From contig NC_067400.1 of the NCBI RefSeq assembly GCF_016432865.1, positions 63,860,001 to 63,924,000 of the forward strand: a DNA stretch of 64,000 nucleotides. Reading direction: 5' to 3'. The translations under genes were made by a program, and so were the position numbers. Below are positions 17,469 through 38,240 of the stretch, piece by piece; position 1 is the stretch's first letter, and each line of letters starts with the position of its first letter. The notes beneath the pieces are model-generated. The model was not told the origin of the DNA. It searched no databases and worked only from the letters and a program-made list of their open reading frames with translations. This stretch comes from Antechinus flavipes (taxonomy: Eukaryota).

Positions 17469-19346
17469 TATCTCCCCCTTATTCATGGAAACTACATTTG
17501 TCTTAAAATAGCCCAACATCACATTTGCTTTTTGATTCCCACATAACACTTCTAACATATTAATCTTTCAATCCATTAAAAACCACTATTCAATCCTATA
17601 TTACTTTTTAAAATAGTATTTTTTTCCAGTTACACATAAATTGTATTAAGAAAATAGACTAGGATTTAATAGTTATTGTCCTTTCTTCATTTTCTTTTTT
17701 TTTTTTTAGGTAATAAAAGCATATGTGATTCCCCTCACCTCCCTAATTCTTTTGATAGCTGTCCTCTTGAGAAAACTTTATGAATATTTTTAATATTGTA
17801 TCACCTTCTAATACAATTTTTTTTGGTACCTACCTAGTGCTGCCTTACTACTCTGTAAATTGGGACATACAATTGGATAGCCAGCCCAGTAAGAGAGGAC
17901 ATATATCAAAGAAAGGCACTTCGAGTACAGGATGAATTGGGCTCATAATTGAACAAGGGGAAGATAGTAGGCTAAATTACATCTGGGTAATTAGAAAGCA
18001 TTTTTAGAAGAAAGACAAACTCTTTTCCAACATAAAAAGTCAATTCCCAGTAATGCTGCAAAATTTTTGAATCTTAGAATATTGCCAAATCTCTTAATAG
18101 TATAAAGAGATCTTAGGTGACTTTCCTCCCAATTCCTAGGCCCCCCTCAATCAAACAACCATTTTTCTCTCTCCCTTCCCTACTTCTGTGCTTCCTTTCC
18201 CTTTTCTCAGTTTCATCCTTGGTTGCCTGCTTCAATATGGCCCCAACTTCAAACTCACCTCAGGTGCCAGGGAAGCTCTTTTTAATTAAAGCTGAAAGCC
18301 CAGGATCTTATTCCAGGACAGCCAGATCAGAGTGTCCCTACTTGCCTGAAATTGTAATGTCTTGAATAGGAAGAGACACACACCCTTCCCTTCCTCTAGA
18401 ATGACCGAGTCATAGTCTGAACACAAAAGTATCAGGTAGATCCAGGAAAAAAAGTATCAAGAAAGATGGGATCCTCCCTATTCTGGGACAGGGGCAATAA
18501 CTGAGTGTGAAATATCTTTAAGAGAAAGGGAGACAACAAAATGACAAAGAAAGGACTTAGGAGAAAGAGAGGAAATGAAGGCCCTAATTCATTTTCTAGT
18601 GATTTGATTCCCATTGTTACTTCTGGAAGTGAGCAGAATATTCTGAATCATTTTCCACCTTCCTTTCACTGTTCCTTGAGGAGTATTGGTAAAAATAGCT
18701 TGTTATGACTTTCATATATGTATAAAATAATTTTGATGTTGTAAGGAAGCAATGAGTCACTAAAGAGAACTCAGAACAAATGGGTAACCTGAACTAGATG
18801 AGAATGATCACTGGACAGGAAATGGCTGTCATCTACCATAAAGGAATGAGGGTAGAAGGCATTCTTTGAACATGAACCTAAGGATTTTCACAAAAGAAAA
18901 CAGTAGCTTCAAAAATAAAAAGACAGAGATTCAGACACAAAAGGAAACTGGTACAATAAAGGCAGGCTCCAAGGAAAATTATCTCCACAATTAAGGCCAC
19001 AAGGACGCTTGGGAAATTAGGCTCAGATGGTTCCTTAGAATAATTATTGAAAAAGCCAAGCTTCAATCAAAGAGTATATTGTGACAGCTGAAAGAAAACT
19101 TCAACATGCAGTCATTCATCAACAGATATTTCTTACTTGCAATGCAAGGAGATCCAAAAAGAGAGATATTTCAGTATAAACACAATGAGATTTTATAAAA
19201 TGACTTATTTTATATAGAAAAGCAACAAAATCAAAAGAAATACTCTATTCTGATTGGCTACACTAACAAAATACAGGAATATATACATACATTTATGTAT
19301 TCTCATTGTTCAATTTTCATTGTTAAGAAATTTCTGTTGTAGTGGT

Positions 19347-19418
19347 GACTAGTTGGCACAGTGGATAAAACACCAATCTTGAAGTCAGGAGGACCTGAAT
19401 TCAAATTTGACCTCAGAC
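19347..19418 (+). mobile_element. tRNA-headed marsupial SINE, truncated by the assembly gap
   Basis: Box A/B-like head: agttggcacagtggataaaacac...gtcaggaggacctgaattcaaatttgacctcagac. Confidence 0.7.
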
Positions 19419-19586
19419 NNNNNNNNNNNNNNNNNNNNNNNNNNNNNNNNNNNNNNNNNNNNNNNNNNNNNNNNNNNNNNNNNNNNNNNNNNNNNNNNNN
19501 NNNNNNNNNNNNNNNNNNNNNNNNNNNNNNNNNNNNNNNNNNNNNNNNNNNNNNNNNNNNNNNNNNNNNNNNNNNNNNNNNNNNNN
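19419..19586. other. Assembly gap (168 N)
   Basis: Run of N. Confidence 1.
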
Positions 19587-21519
19587 ATATGTGAAGCTCC
19601 TGACAGAAATATGAAGAATGGGATGAATGTTTTGGACATATGGGAATTTGTTTTATTGACTCTGCATGTTTGTTACAAGAATTCTGTTTTCTTTTCTTCC
19701 TTCTTGACCCCCAGTTAGGAGGGTTGGGGTGAGAGAGAGAAAAAAAATTAATGCTTGATAATTAAAAAATAAAATGAATTTTTAAAAATATAGCTAGAGT
19801 GTAAGTGATATATAGCACTGAAAATCAAAGTAGGTTATAGCTAATATACAGTACAGATGATTATAGCTTTTAAAAAATCTGTTCAAGCAAGATATAGAGC
19901 AGGGATATTTTTCTCTGATAAGAATTATTATGCTTTTTTCTTTCCCAGCAAACTACAGCAGCCCTGGAATTGCTTAAGTTTACTCAAATTTAAATGTTCC
20001 TATTTAGTTAAACTCCATTTCAAGTTGAAGTAATTTTGACAGCCTGCTAGGAAATATGCTTCAGAGAAAAGGAAGGAGGCAAAGAAAAACAAGCCAATGT
20101 TCAAGAACAAGACTTCCAAGGACCTGGTACCATAGAGGCTTCCAAGAAAGTATACTACAAGACAGTTCAGCAGAAGCATTATGAGATCCAAGTAAGAAAT
20201 AGTGCTTTACACAAAGACAAGGGAATGATTTTCTATGGGTCAGAAGAGAGCAAAAATGTGACAGGAATGCACCACAGAAGGGAAGCTGTGTCTGGAAGGA
20301 ACTAAGAATGATGTTAGGGCCTGCACCAATGCTAATTGGAATTTAAAGTGATTTGACAGTCCCCAACCTCAAGATGAGTAGAGGAATGGGACTGGAGCAT
20401 TCCTGAACAACCCATACTGGCAATACCAACTTATGACTTTGAGAGTATCCAAATGTGCTGAGTGGACCCCATGTGGTGATTTGATGGAAGCACAAGGTTT
20501 AGAGTCCCATTGGATGAGTCATAACCTGCATTGATGAAAAAAATCATCCAAATCGGTGAACTGACAGATCATTCTGAGTATTTGAATAAGAAATATATAT
20601 TCTATAAAGTCATCTTTTTTATACTTAGTAAACTTTTTATTTTTATATTTTGTCAGATTGGGGAGAATTTTTAATTTAAATGTTGTTTGTTGATATCTAT
20701 TATTTTTATATCACTTTTCTTTCTGACTATACCTTCTGCTATTATCACCACCATGACTTATACTCCTCCTCAATAATAATGAGCCATCTTTCATAATAAA
20801 GAATTTTTAAAAGGGTGTGTGTGTATGTTTGTATGTTCAGGGAAAGGAACTCAACAAAATTATACTAATCTAGTCCACACCCATAATCCCTCACCTTGAC
20901 AAAGAAACAGGAGAATTGGACTTCATCAGTTCTTCTCTTAGGACAAGCTTGGTCTTTATCATTATACAGAGTTCAGTTTGGGACACTTATTTGGTTGTTC
21001 TTTTTATTTACATCGAAATCATTTTGTAAATTATTTTCTTAGACCTGTTCATTCTGTATCAGTTCATAGAATCATTTAAAGCTGGAAGGGACCTGAGAAA
21101 TGCTGAAATCTAAATGCCTCATTTTTTAGATAAGAAGCTAATTTCTAGGTTCAGACACAGAAAGGTGAAATGATCGCTCAAAAGTCAGTGTTTGTGGTAG
21201 GATTTGAATCTGTCTTTCTCGCTCTAGCACATTCCCCATCCACTTACCACAAAACCATGTTTCTCTGATTCTTCATATTTATCTTTCTATATATCTATTT
21301 CATTCATATAGCACAATTTATTTAGCTATTCCCCAATCAATGAACAGTTACTTTTTTTTTTATTATGAATAGTGTGACAGTGAATAGTACATGAGGGATT
21401 TTTCTGTTTTAAAACTCTTTAGAAGTATATGCCTAACAGAAACTCATTCTTTTTAATGCATTTATATCTCTCCCTACCTTTTCCTTTCATTTATTATTAA
21501 AAGTTCCTTTTGAAAAAGT

Positions 21520-21665
21520 CCAACTTGGTTGTACATGTATGACCTCTATCAGATTGCTTGCTGTCTTGGGGAGAAGAGAGGTAAGGGAAAGAGGAGAAAA
21601 AATTTGAAATACAAAATCTTACAAAAATGACACAAAATATAAAATACAATTGAGGAAAAAGAAAA
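21520..21665 (+). mobile_element. L1 3' end fragment
   Basis: atcagattgcttgctgtcttgggga...aaaaatttgaaatacaaaatcttacaaaa followed by an A-rich tail. Confidence 0.6.
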
Positions 21666-23494
21666 AGTTCACCTTGTCTTAGCTGAACTGAGGGGAAATA
21701 GGATTTGTGAACATACAAAGGAAAGAGTGTGGTGTGAAAGGCCAGCTCTGGAGATGCTAACAATTAGCCCTTAGTGAGATCAGAAAAAGCAAATGAAGCT
21801 AAAGGGCAGTTGGGTAAGGAGAAAGACTGCCTGAGAAGCAAAGTTACACCTTCTCATGTGGGCAACACTGGTGTGAAAACTTCTGGCCAGGTGTTGAGCC
21901 CTTACAACCGAAGCAGCTCAATTTTTTCAGCCTACCCTGGGCTCTGAGGAGTTAGTTCACATACAGCAGACACACAAGAGACTGACATAATAAACTATAA
22001 TGCCAATTTGTTAATTTACATGGGAGATCAGGCTGGCAAGAAAACCACTGCTGGATGTCTATGTGAGCTCTCCCTCCTGGTGGTTAAGTCCACTCAGGAG
22101 ACCAAATTACAAAGAACCAGAAGGTTTCTCGGTGAGTCGAGAATTAGAACAAACCAAGATGGATTTTCTTTAGGGATCCTGCCATCAAGCTGTGGTAATA
22201 TGGTAAATTATCCTTCACATGGGTGGGGGTTGGGGGAGGGGGGGAGTAGTTCAGTCTAAAGTACTCAAAACAGTCATATATAATTAGAGCCCTCTTTCCC
22301 CTATGCTATACTGAGTATATGCTGGCAGACTTTTCTCACCTCATTCTGCCTTTTCTAGACTCCACATAGACCATACCCCCTTCTGTTAAGACAATAGTAT
22401 CCCAGATGTTACTATGTAGTTAAGAAAATGACAGTTTTATTTGCTTTAGTTACATTTTAGCTTGACAAGTATCCTTACTAATGATTCAGGAGACACTGGC
22501 TCCTAAGGGAGATTTAGGGAGCTGCTCTAGTCTCATCAAAACCCCATTCACACCAAAATAAAACAACAGAGATCATCTCAGGCCTTGATTGAGAATGCTG
22601 TGCTCTGTAAATTCATTCTTTTCCATGCTTATCATTTTTACATATTTATTTATTTTATACTTTTTTCACCTTCCTCCCAGAAAATTGGCAAAGACTATAA
22701 GTAATGGAAATAATCAGTGATAGAGGGATTATAGAAAGATTCTTTCGCCTGGTGATGTCATTAGCATTCATGGGTTCAATTCTTATCTCTGTGCAGATGA
22801 CTCCCAGAGTTATCTGCCCCTTCCTAAACTATCTTTTAAGCTCCACACTTGCATCATGAACTGCATATTTTGAACCATAAGTCTCATAAGTATATTAAAC
22901 TCAATGCATTCAAAATAGAACTCATTGTCTTTCCCCAAAAATCCATTTCTCTTCTGGACTTCCCTACTGCTATCTAGGGCATCACCATTCTACCCATCAC
23001 CGAGGCTCACAGATTTGGTGCCATCCTTCACTTCTCTCTCACTCACCTCTACATTTCCAATCTGTTGTCCAAACATTTTGTTTTTATTGCCATAATACAC
23101 CTGTCCGCTCACTTCTCACTTGGAATAGTCTTGCAATAGTCTTCTAATTAATCTCTTTGTCCCAAGTCTCTCCCCAATTCAATCCATCCTCCACACTGTT
23201 GGCAAGTGATTTACCAAAATCATAGACAAATAATGTCACTCCCACCCCACAAGAGACACACACAGAGCCCCCTGCTCATATGATTCCAGTGGCTCCCTAG
23301 TACCTCTAGGAAAAATTATAAACCCCTCTTGTTTGGCATTTAAAACTCTTCAAAAGCTGTATGGTCCTGATTTCCTGACAGTTCAGCGGTATAGTAGATA
23401 GAACTCTAGACCTGGAGTCAGAAAGATCTAGATTTAGATGTCATCTCAGATATTTATATTAGTTGAGTGACCCTGAGCAACTCCATTTCTTTGC

Positions 23495-24165
23495 ATATTA
23501 TATATGTGTGTATATACACATACATTATATATATACACACATATTTACATACATATGCACATATATGCTTTTTTATTGTTCAGTCATTTCATTTGTGTCT
23601 AACCCTTCATGATCTCATTTGTGATTTTCTTTCCAAAGATACTGAACTGGATTTGTCATTTCTTTCTCCAGATCATTTTATACTTTTTTCACTTTCTTCC
23701 CAGAAAATTGGCATGATGAGGAAACTGAGGAAAACAGAGTTAAATGCCTTGCCTAAGATCACAGAGTTAGTAACTGTCTAAGGCCAGATTTGAATCCAGG
23801 TCTTTTTCAGTCTAGCAACTCAATGTATTGTACCACCTGGCTCTGTGTGTGGTGTGTGTGTGTGTGTATGTGTGTGTGTGTGTACATGCACACACACACG
23901 CAAGTATATACATACTTACCATATACACAATACATACATGTACATCATATCTACCCATCTAATATGTATATACAGGTATATCTATTTACACATAAACTAT
24001 GCACAACATGTATATAAATAAATATACATGTATATTTATATATTGTTTATATACATATATAAAGAATATATATACATACATAGAATGTGTGATATGTGTG
24101 TATGTGTGTAAATATATATAGTACATAAATATGCATACATGTACATATACATATACATTCCTGTA
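23495..24165. repeat. (TG)n and (TA/CATA)n low-complexity tracts around a MIR relic
   Basis: Visible tgtgtgtg and tatacatata runs. Confidence 0.8.
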
Positions 24166-24656
24166 TAGAGATCTATTAGAATGGGAACTCTGAGAACAGC
24201 AACTACTTTTTGCTTTTGTTTTTGTATTCACAATTTCTGTGTCAGGTGATATGACATAATGAATAGAATTGCCTTTCCAGTCAGGAAGAGCTGAGTTCAA
24301 GTTCCACTTTTGATACATACTAGCTGTGTGACTCTCGGTAAGACACTTCTCAGTGCCCCAGGCAATTCTCCAAGTCTATAAGTTGCAGAATAGGAAATAA
24401 ATTGCATTAGTTAAGGGAACTCCTTACTCAGAGTTCCATATATTGATAAAATAAAAATTTTAATGGTTTTTTAAAATTTCCCAGTGTTTTATCATAGTGC
24501 ATGTCCAGTAGTAATGTTCCTGTTGACTGATTTCACTTCACATCCAGAAAATTGTCAAAAAGAACAAAAGATGGGAATAGTCATTGATGGAGGGTTGTGA
24601 AAAGATAGGCACAATAATGCTTGTGATAATACACTGTTAAAGGAGTTGTGAATTGT

Positions 24657-25294
24657 TGATGTGGTGCAGCTTCTAGGGAAGATGCAGCAATAACCCGAAG
24701 GTCCCTTGGCCTGGGAGTGATGTCGTTGAAAATGAGTTGTTTCTTCCCATAGATTATCCTGCCCCAGTTTACTCTATATGACAGGGTGCTATGGCTACAA
24801 ATGTTGCTGGATGTCAGATAATAGCCTGTTGGTCAGTGATAACATTAGTCTCAGAAACTAATGAGCAACAATAGTGGGGTGCTTAAAATTGATATAAGCA
24901 CAGAACAAAATTGGGTGTCTGCCACTTGACTTAGTGACATTTCCGGCCTAAAAACATACCTCCAAAAGGTTCCCAAGTGAGCTCTAGGCAGAAAATTATA
25001 GATAACTTACCTGCTCACAAAGTCAGAACCAGACCATCCTCTATTCTACCTCTAAGACATAAAATTAGCATATTAATAACATGAAGCACCTGGTTTCTCT
25101 AGATTTCCTATAAATTTATCTTCTGGTTCTTTGCTAACTTCTTTTGGAACTTAGCCCATCTCAAATGGCCTTACTATTATAATGAACTTTGTCCCTTGAC
25201 TTGGAAATGGGTCAGTGCCTGCGAATTCTTTAGAGACATCTCCCAATGCCAGTCTGGAACCCCAATATTTTGGGATCCCCCTTGAACCCTAACA
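24657..25294 (+). mobile_element. Possible solo LTR
   Basis: About 640-bp block starting near tgttgatg and ending gggatcccccttgaaccctaaCA, with a TATA-like cctataaa inside. No clear target-site duplication. Confidence 0.4.
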
Positions 25295-25769
25295 ATTTCA
25301 TTGCTTGATTAATATGATTAATTAGGGACAAGCTTTTTCAGATGAGAGCTTTCACTTTTTTGATCATTTTGGTTTTGTTTTTTCGGTTAATATCATTGCA
25401 GTCATTTATACTATTTTTCTGGTTCCTTTTGTTTTACTTTGTATCAGATCATTTCAGCTAAGTAATACTTTGTATTTTATGTTATCAAAAGACTGGAAAC
25501 AAAGTAGTTTGAGGTATATGTACGTAAAGAAGTACTACTTAGCAAAAGATACAATGAATATGATGAATAGAGATAAGCATTGGAAGACAAATGATCTGAT
25601 CCCTAAACAACCAAATTAAATAAACAATGAAAAAGTATCAAGTATTTACTATGTAGCTAGCACTGTTGCTAAGCTCTAGGGACACAGAAGGGGAAAAAAA
25701 AAAAAAAAAACATTCCCTGCCCTCAAGGAGTTTGCTTTCTAATAGGGAAAACCAAAGATAGATAGAGGC

Positions 25770-25814
25770 AGATAGGTAGGTAGGTAGATGGATGGATGGA
25801 TGGATGGATGGATG

Positions 25815-25861
<47 letters not shown>
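25770..25861. repeat. Compound microsatellite (AGGT/GGAT)n(GA)n
   Basis: Direct reading of the sequence. Confidence 0.95.
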
Positions 25862-25862
<1 letters not shown>

Positions 25863-26193
25863 ATACAAAGTAGAAGCAAGGTAACCTTGGGTGGGGAGAG
25901 GAGGACATTTTAGGCTTAGGGAATGTTTGTCGAAGCATGGAGATAGGAGATTGTTATATGAAGAAGTAGGTCAGAGATGACTGGATTGTCAGAGTATATA
26001 AACGATGGTAGCCTGTTTGATTACAAAGGCAGGAGACAGCAGGCTGTGAAGAGCTTTAAATGCTAACAAAGGACTTTTGTATTAATTCCTAGAGGTAGTA
26101 AGTAGTCATTGGAATTGGAGGGTGGAGGGAGGCAGGGTGGGAGAGACTTGAGAGAGTGACTAATTAGAAAGCCACTGCAATAGTCTAGATGAA

Positions 26194-26298
26194 CTGAACA
26201 TGCTGGTGCATGCCTCTAAGTAATCCCATCTCTCAGGAAGCTAAAGTGTAATTGCTGGATCAATTGAACTCAGGAGTTCTTAGCTGCAGTAGAAATGC
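26194..26298 (+). pseudogene. Degenerate 7SL RNA (Alu-domain) fragment
   Basis: ctgaacatgctggtgcatgcc...taatcccatctctcaggaagctaaag...ggatcaattgaactcaggagttcttagctgcagtag aligns by eye to the 5' ~100 nt of 7SL. Confidence 0.6.
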
Positions 26299-26657
26299 AA
26301 CCTCTCTGGATCTTAAAAGTCCCCTCATTCACCACCCAGTCCTGGGCATTTCTTACAAGGAAAAAATGCAGAAATAATTGAGTTTCAGATAGATGTGATT
26401 GCTAATCCAGCATGCTTTATGATTATAAAATCCTGTAAAATCTTTTTCAGTGAACTCCCAAATTAAAAAGGCTGATTTATCCCCCTTCATTTCTCCTGTC
26501 TGAGAGCAAATTCAGAGCCTGAATAGAAAATTTGTGGGATACAGAGGCACCAAGTGCTATTTCTTCTTAAGGTCAGAACCTCAATTCCCATTCAAATTTT
26601 TAAATCTCAGAGATAGACACAATGAGGAAACACATGTGGACAAAAAGAATAAAACAC

Positions 26658-26688
26658 TTTATTTGAAATAAGCTTCCAAGTTCTTTAT

Positions 26689-26689
<1 letters not shown>
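26658..26689 (-). terminator. Two AATAAA signals directly after the stop codon of the TUBA1D-like gene
   Basis: AATAAA on - at 26684-26689 (overlapping the TAA stop) and at 26658-26663. Confidence 0.7.
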
Positions 26690-33147
<6,458 letters not shown>

Positions 33148-33199
33148 CTTGCTCTGATGTTGTATGCCAAATGATGCTTCAGGAATGACACTGATCTGA

Positions 33200-33400
33200 A
33201 TGAGTGAGAACAGCCAGAGAGATCTCTTCTTATAATCTGGGTTAGACTCTCAGGGGGGTGTGTTGTTAGAAACAACCTCAGAGAAGCAGACTCGTCAGCT
33301 TGGTTACCATGGCTTGAGCTTGCTGGCCCACAGCCCAAACAGAAAGCTGGAGGAGAAGGTGCCCTGGGCTCTGTAACTGTGGGCATGGTAACAGGGCAGG
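33200..33400 (-). promoter_or_regulatory. Putative TUBA1D-like promoter with TATA and X-box-like motifs
   Basis: TATAAGA on - at 33228-33234, about 80 nt above the ATG. RFX-like motifs at 33262-33273 (GTTGTTAGAAAC), 33303-33313 (GTTACCATGGC) and 33381-33392 (GGGCATGGTAAC). Confidence 0.5.
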
Positions 33401-36400
33401 TACACAGAGCCTCTGTTGCCCCAGCTTGTTTCCTGGTGTCACACCCTAGGCCTTCACAGACCGCAGAAAAGTTCTTAGGGAACTCTTTCCTTAAATTCTA
33501 ACCCCAAATGTCTAGATGAAGTTTTGGAATTGGGATGGAACATCTGCAATGACTCAGAACAAATAAAGCCAAAGGGAAGTAAACACCAAATACAGGTATG
33601 GAGGATAATTGAAGGAATCCTAGAATTCTATGAAATGTTCATTTCCTCATGCATAACATAATGGAAGGATCTTTGGATTTGGCACCTGAAGGCCTGGGTT
33701 CAAATGGCAACTCTCCCAATGATTACTTGGGCAAAATACTTACTTGATGATCTCTGTTTTCTTAACTATCAAATGAAATAGTTGGATTTAATGATTTCTG
33801 TGGTTACTTACTTCCAGTTCTAAATCTTATGAATACAAAAGGTGAAATTCATTTCTGAAGCTCAACTCTTCCATCTACATTGTAGTCAGCCTCCTCTTTC
33901 CATAGAAAGAGGCTTTGAAAGACTGTACTTAAACACACGCCATTTCGTTGGTGTGCCAGCTTGGTTTTTAAGCATACTTCCATTGCCATTCTTTCTTTGT
34001 ACCACTTTGACCACTTTCTCTCTTGTAGGACACTCATGGTATAACAGATAAAGAACTGTTTGAAGTCAGGAAGACTTCATATCATGCCTTAGGAGCATAC
34101 TACCAGTGTGACTTTGGGCAGGCCATTTAACATCCAAGTCTCAGTTTTTCTTAAATACAAAATGGGGATATTAGTGATCAAATTAGATCATGTATGCACA
34201 GTGTTTTGCAAACTTTATAATATTATATAAATGTGAGTTATTATTATAGGTCATTTCCCTCAATCCTTCTTCTCAAGGCAAAATATAACAAAAATATCCA
34301 GGAGGTCATTCATTCTATTAGTGGAGATACATTTCTTCTCTCCTTGCATTATTTTAAAAGAAGATCATCTGGACATAGTAATGTTTGGGGAGGAGAGGGA
34401 TTTAAGGGTATTGCACAGCAAACATGGTCATGAGAATTCTTTATTTTAGATCTTGATTGTTCCATTCTATGAATAGAATGGATTTGCCTGTTTAGATCAC
34501 TGGCAGATATTTACTGGGACATGTCCTGTAATAGCTCATCAAAAATGAGGAGAGCTCTTTAAGTCTCATCCACTGAGGATAAATTAATTGGTTTAGACTA
34601 GTTGGCACTGAACTGGTAAACTCCAAGGGAGTTCCCTTTGCACTTTGTGCTAGGTCTTTAAAAAGGATTGTTATATACAGTATATATACAATGTTATACA
34701 ATGTTATGCACGTGTAACATATTGCATATTCAGGCTCTTTTTGTTTGTTTTTGCATTTCCTTCCCCCTCCCCCATTTTCTGAGACCAATGAGCAGAGAGT
34801 GGCTTAGAAGGAGGAAATGAGGGAACACAGGAAGAATATGACTCCCCCTTTTACTCTGGGAAAGGATTAACACCCCCAATTTAGGGTATTTCACCAATGT
34901 TCCTATCACATTGGGACCAAGATTAATATCTCTAAAGCAGGACTGAGAACAGGCAGAGGATGGACACAAATAAAGATGTCACTGGTAACTATATGTGCAC
35001 GCTGGTCTTCAGGCTGTGAAGTATGGGGGGGATGGGGAAAAGTGCTAGATATTGGCTTAGGAGACTCGAGTTCAATTCTTGATTGTCATTTCCTGCTTGT
35101 GTCATCTTGAATAAATCACCTAATCAATCCCTCTAGACCTTAGCTGTAATGAAAGGTACTACATAAACCTCTAGGTTCCTTTCCAACTAACAATCTATGA
35201 TCCCATGATTCTGCCATGGTCTAGAACTCTAAAGTCCATGCTTCAAAGAAGCTCATTCAGCTTGGAGGTCAGGGCAGCTCCAGGATGCTGATGATAATAT
35301 CTGAGTACAAAGCTACTCAGATATTTCCATATGTAGAAAAAGGGATTATGTGATTGTTTTCCAAGCCCTGAGGTCAGAGACATGGGGCAACCAAATAGGA
35401 AACTGGGAAATTCCTAGTCTGGAATATTTCTACAGAGGTTTCAATATATAGGCATAGAGGTCCAAGGGAAATGATAGGGAAATAAGGGGGTGGTCTAAAG
35501 CACGAGCAGAGGAAATAATTAGGGAACATACAGATCACTGGACAAATACAAACTAGGCCATAAACATGCGAGTTTTTTCATAATACCACCAATTAGGGTA
35601 AGATAGAGGGGTTGCTTCCCTAGCCATCCCAAGTTGCTTATTTTGGGGGAGAATCTAAGCTTTCATAATAGTATCATAAATTTGGAATGCCTATACTGAT
35701 CCCCCAGGGTGAAAGAAGGACTAATTGGAGTTCTTTTTGTTTCTAAAAGAATAAAACACAGGGAGATACTATTCTCCTCTAGAGGACTGAGGAAATGCAG
35801 ACAAAGGTAAAACCTACTGAAGAGGAAAGAAAAATGGTGTCTACTGTTCATGGCCTGTGTGTGTTTGTTTTTCATTTTTCCCTGAATATTTATAAAGGAG
35901 CTAAGGACCCTTTTAGTATCATCTATAGAGACCTAGGTTAAATATAGATATTTCCAAAAAGGAACTCTTATTCTGTGTTCCCTTCCTCCCCTTCCCTCAC
36001 CCATAGTCTTCAAACCAACAAGATACTCCATTTGCCAGCTCCAAGAATTTTTCTCTGGCTATTCCCCATCTTGCCTAAAATATTCTGCCTCTTCATTTCC
36101 ATCTACTGACTTCCTTAGCTTCTCAAGTCTCAGTTAAAGTCCATTCTACAAAAAACTTTTCCAGTCCTCCTCAATCTTGCTTCCTTCCTTCTGAGATTAT
36201 TTTATCTTGTATATATCTCTTGTTCATATAATAATTCTTTGAATGCCGTCTCCTCCATTCAATTGTTTCTTGAGGACAGAGAATGTTGCCTTTTCTTTGT
36301 ATGCCCAATAGTGCAGAACTTGATACATAATAGCAATTAATAAATGCTTGATTCACCAGTGGGGGTATAATGAAAAAGAGAGGGTGATTTGAAGGATGAA

Positions 36401-37115
36401 CTCTAGATTCAACCAGTCCACGTGAGCTCTGACACTATGTTGCTGGGATACAGTTACATCTCGGGAGCTTGTCTGGGAGTCCAAACTAAGGATTAAAGTT
36501 ACACAGTAGGACTCCCTAGAAAGAAAAAAGGAACCCCCCAAAAATGAATTTCTTATGGAATAATTTCCAACATAGTGATATCTGAAATAATAGGAGACAA
36601 CAGGGCCCTTCCTAGAGCATCTCAAATCCCAGTAGATAGCGAGGAGACACAAAGGATCACTTTGATTTATGATAAACTCAGGAAAATTTGAGTTCAAAAC
36701 CTGTCTTGGATGCTTACTAGCCAGGTGATCACTTAATCTCTTTTAGCTTAAGCTTCCTCATCTATATAATGAAGATTTTATATGTAATAGTATCTGACAG
36801 GATTATTAGGATTAAAATACCTGTACAGAACTTTGTAAACCTTAAAATCCTATATGAATGCTAGCTATCAAGTTGGTTATAAAGATGGTTTGCCTAGGCT
36901 TTAAGGGCTGTAGACCAAAGGTTCCAAGGATAGAAATGGTCTTTCTTCCATTTAGTTACTTGAGGTCCAGAGACTGAAAACTGCATTGGTTGAGGGGATA
37001 TCTAAATAGAGGCTATCATAATCCATTAGAAAATTGAGGTTGCAAAAAATCTTCACTTTCTAGATAGAATGAAAAACTCCAGAGAATAGGAGAGGAGAGT
37101 CAGATTCACAGGACT

Positions 37116-37345
37116 GTTGTTGTTTTTCCTTCATTCTCAAAGAGGACCATGACATCAGGGAGATAATGCCAGGAGATAATGGTTGTAAATTATTTGTATT
37201 TAAGTGAGGGAGAGCTGTGCTAAATCACCAACTTCACTTTCTCCTCCAGAGCCATCTGGATCCAGTAGCAAGACATACATCAGGATGACTGAAGATAGCC
37301 TTGGATGCAGTGGGAGACCTTGCCCTTTTTAAGCTAATAGGTCTC
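37116..37345. mobile_element. MAR1/RTE-related marsupial SINE
   Basis: gttgttgtttttccttcattctcaaagaggaccatgacatcaggga...ggatgcagtgggagaccttgccctttttaagcta. Confidence 0.7.
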
Positions 37346-37852
37346 AGTTTGTTTATGGAAAAACCCATTCAGTGATTCAGGATAGATTGGAGATTAGTCA
37401 GTAAAGGAGAGGAGATAGCCAAAAAAGAGAGACCAATGAGGCTATTAGAAAAGTTGTAAGAGAAAGGGAAAGTCACACATGACTCAAAGGTTACAAACCT
37501 AAGTGATAAGGAGGCAAACTTCAGTAAGTATTGGGAAGTTGGCAAGGCGGAACAAATGAGTTGTTTTAAATGTGCTCAAATTTAAATTCTAGGAGGCAAC
37601 TAAAAATATGAAAGGTACTCAGGAGAAGCTGGGAAGATATACCAGATATTTCCACTGTGGATATGTAGGTCTCAGGGACCTGTTTGAAGAGGGCAATTTT
37701 GGGGGTCACTTTATAGAAGCTTTCTAGTACCTATTTTTTGTCCCCACTAAGATTTGCAATTAGAGAGGCACTATGATAGAACTTGATTCAAATTCTTTCT
37801 TTGTAAACTTGGTAATAGTAGGACATTTAACCTCTCAGCCAGTTCCTTATTT

Positions 37853-38240
37853 GTTGCTGTTGTTCATAGAGAACCAATGACATCATGGATGATGTCTAGA
37901 CTTGTGTATGAATTGGATTTAAGCTAAGCAGAGCTATATAAAGTCATCAGCTTCACACTCTCTCAGAATCATCATAGTCCAGTGGCAGAACAAAAGTCAA
38001 GATGACTGGGATACAGTGGATGATTTTGGTATCTTCTCTGTCTAATCAAGCCCTAAGAGCCCTATAGCTGTTGTCTTAGCATGGACTTCAAGGGCACTGG
38101 AACACATTTTTCTCATCTGTCCAATTCCTCCAGGGAATTCACACGCTTGGGATAAATATCCCCCAAACTCAAAAGGGCCATGAGACCTATCCATTTCCTT
38201 TAACCTGGTTTAGCCCATCGGCTGAGACATGTTAGCAGGG
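37853..38240. mobile_element. RTE-related element, more diverged and longer copy
   Basis: Same motif order as 37116-37345 (ccaatgacatc...gaattggatttaag...agtccagtggcag...gatgactgg), with an extension. Confidence 0.55.

Noticed and set aside
20000-20560. Purine-rich coding-like segment
   Set aside because: No ORF with a recognisable homolog; it could be an old repeat. Needs BLASTX or Dfam.
33306-33310. Alternative first exon gccATG|gtaacc for the TUBA1D-like gene
   Set aside because: Weaker donor than ATG|gtaagt at 33145, upstream of the TATA-like box, and coincident with an X-box-like motif.
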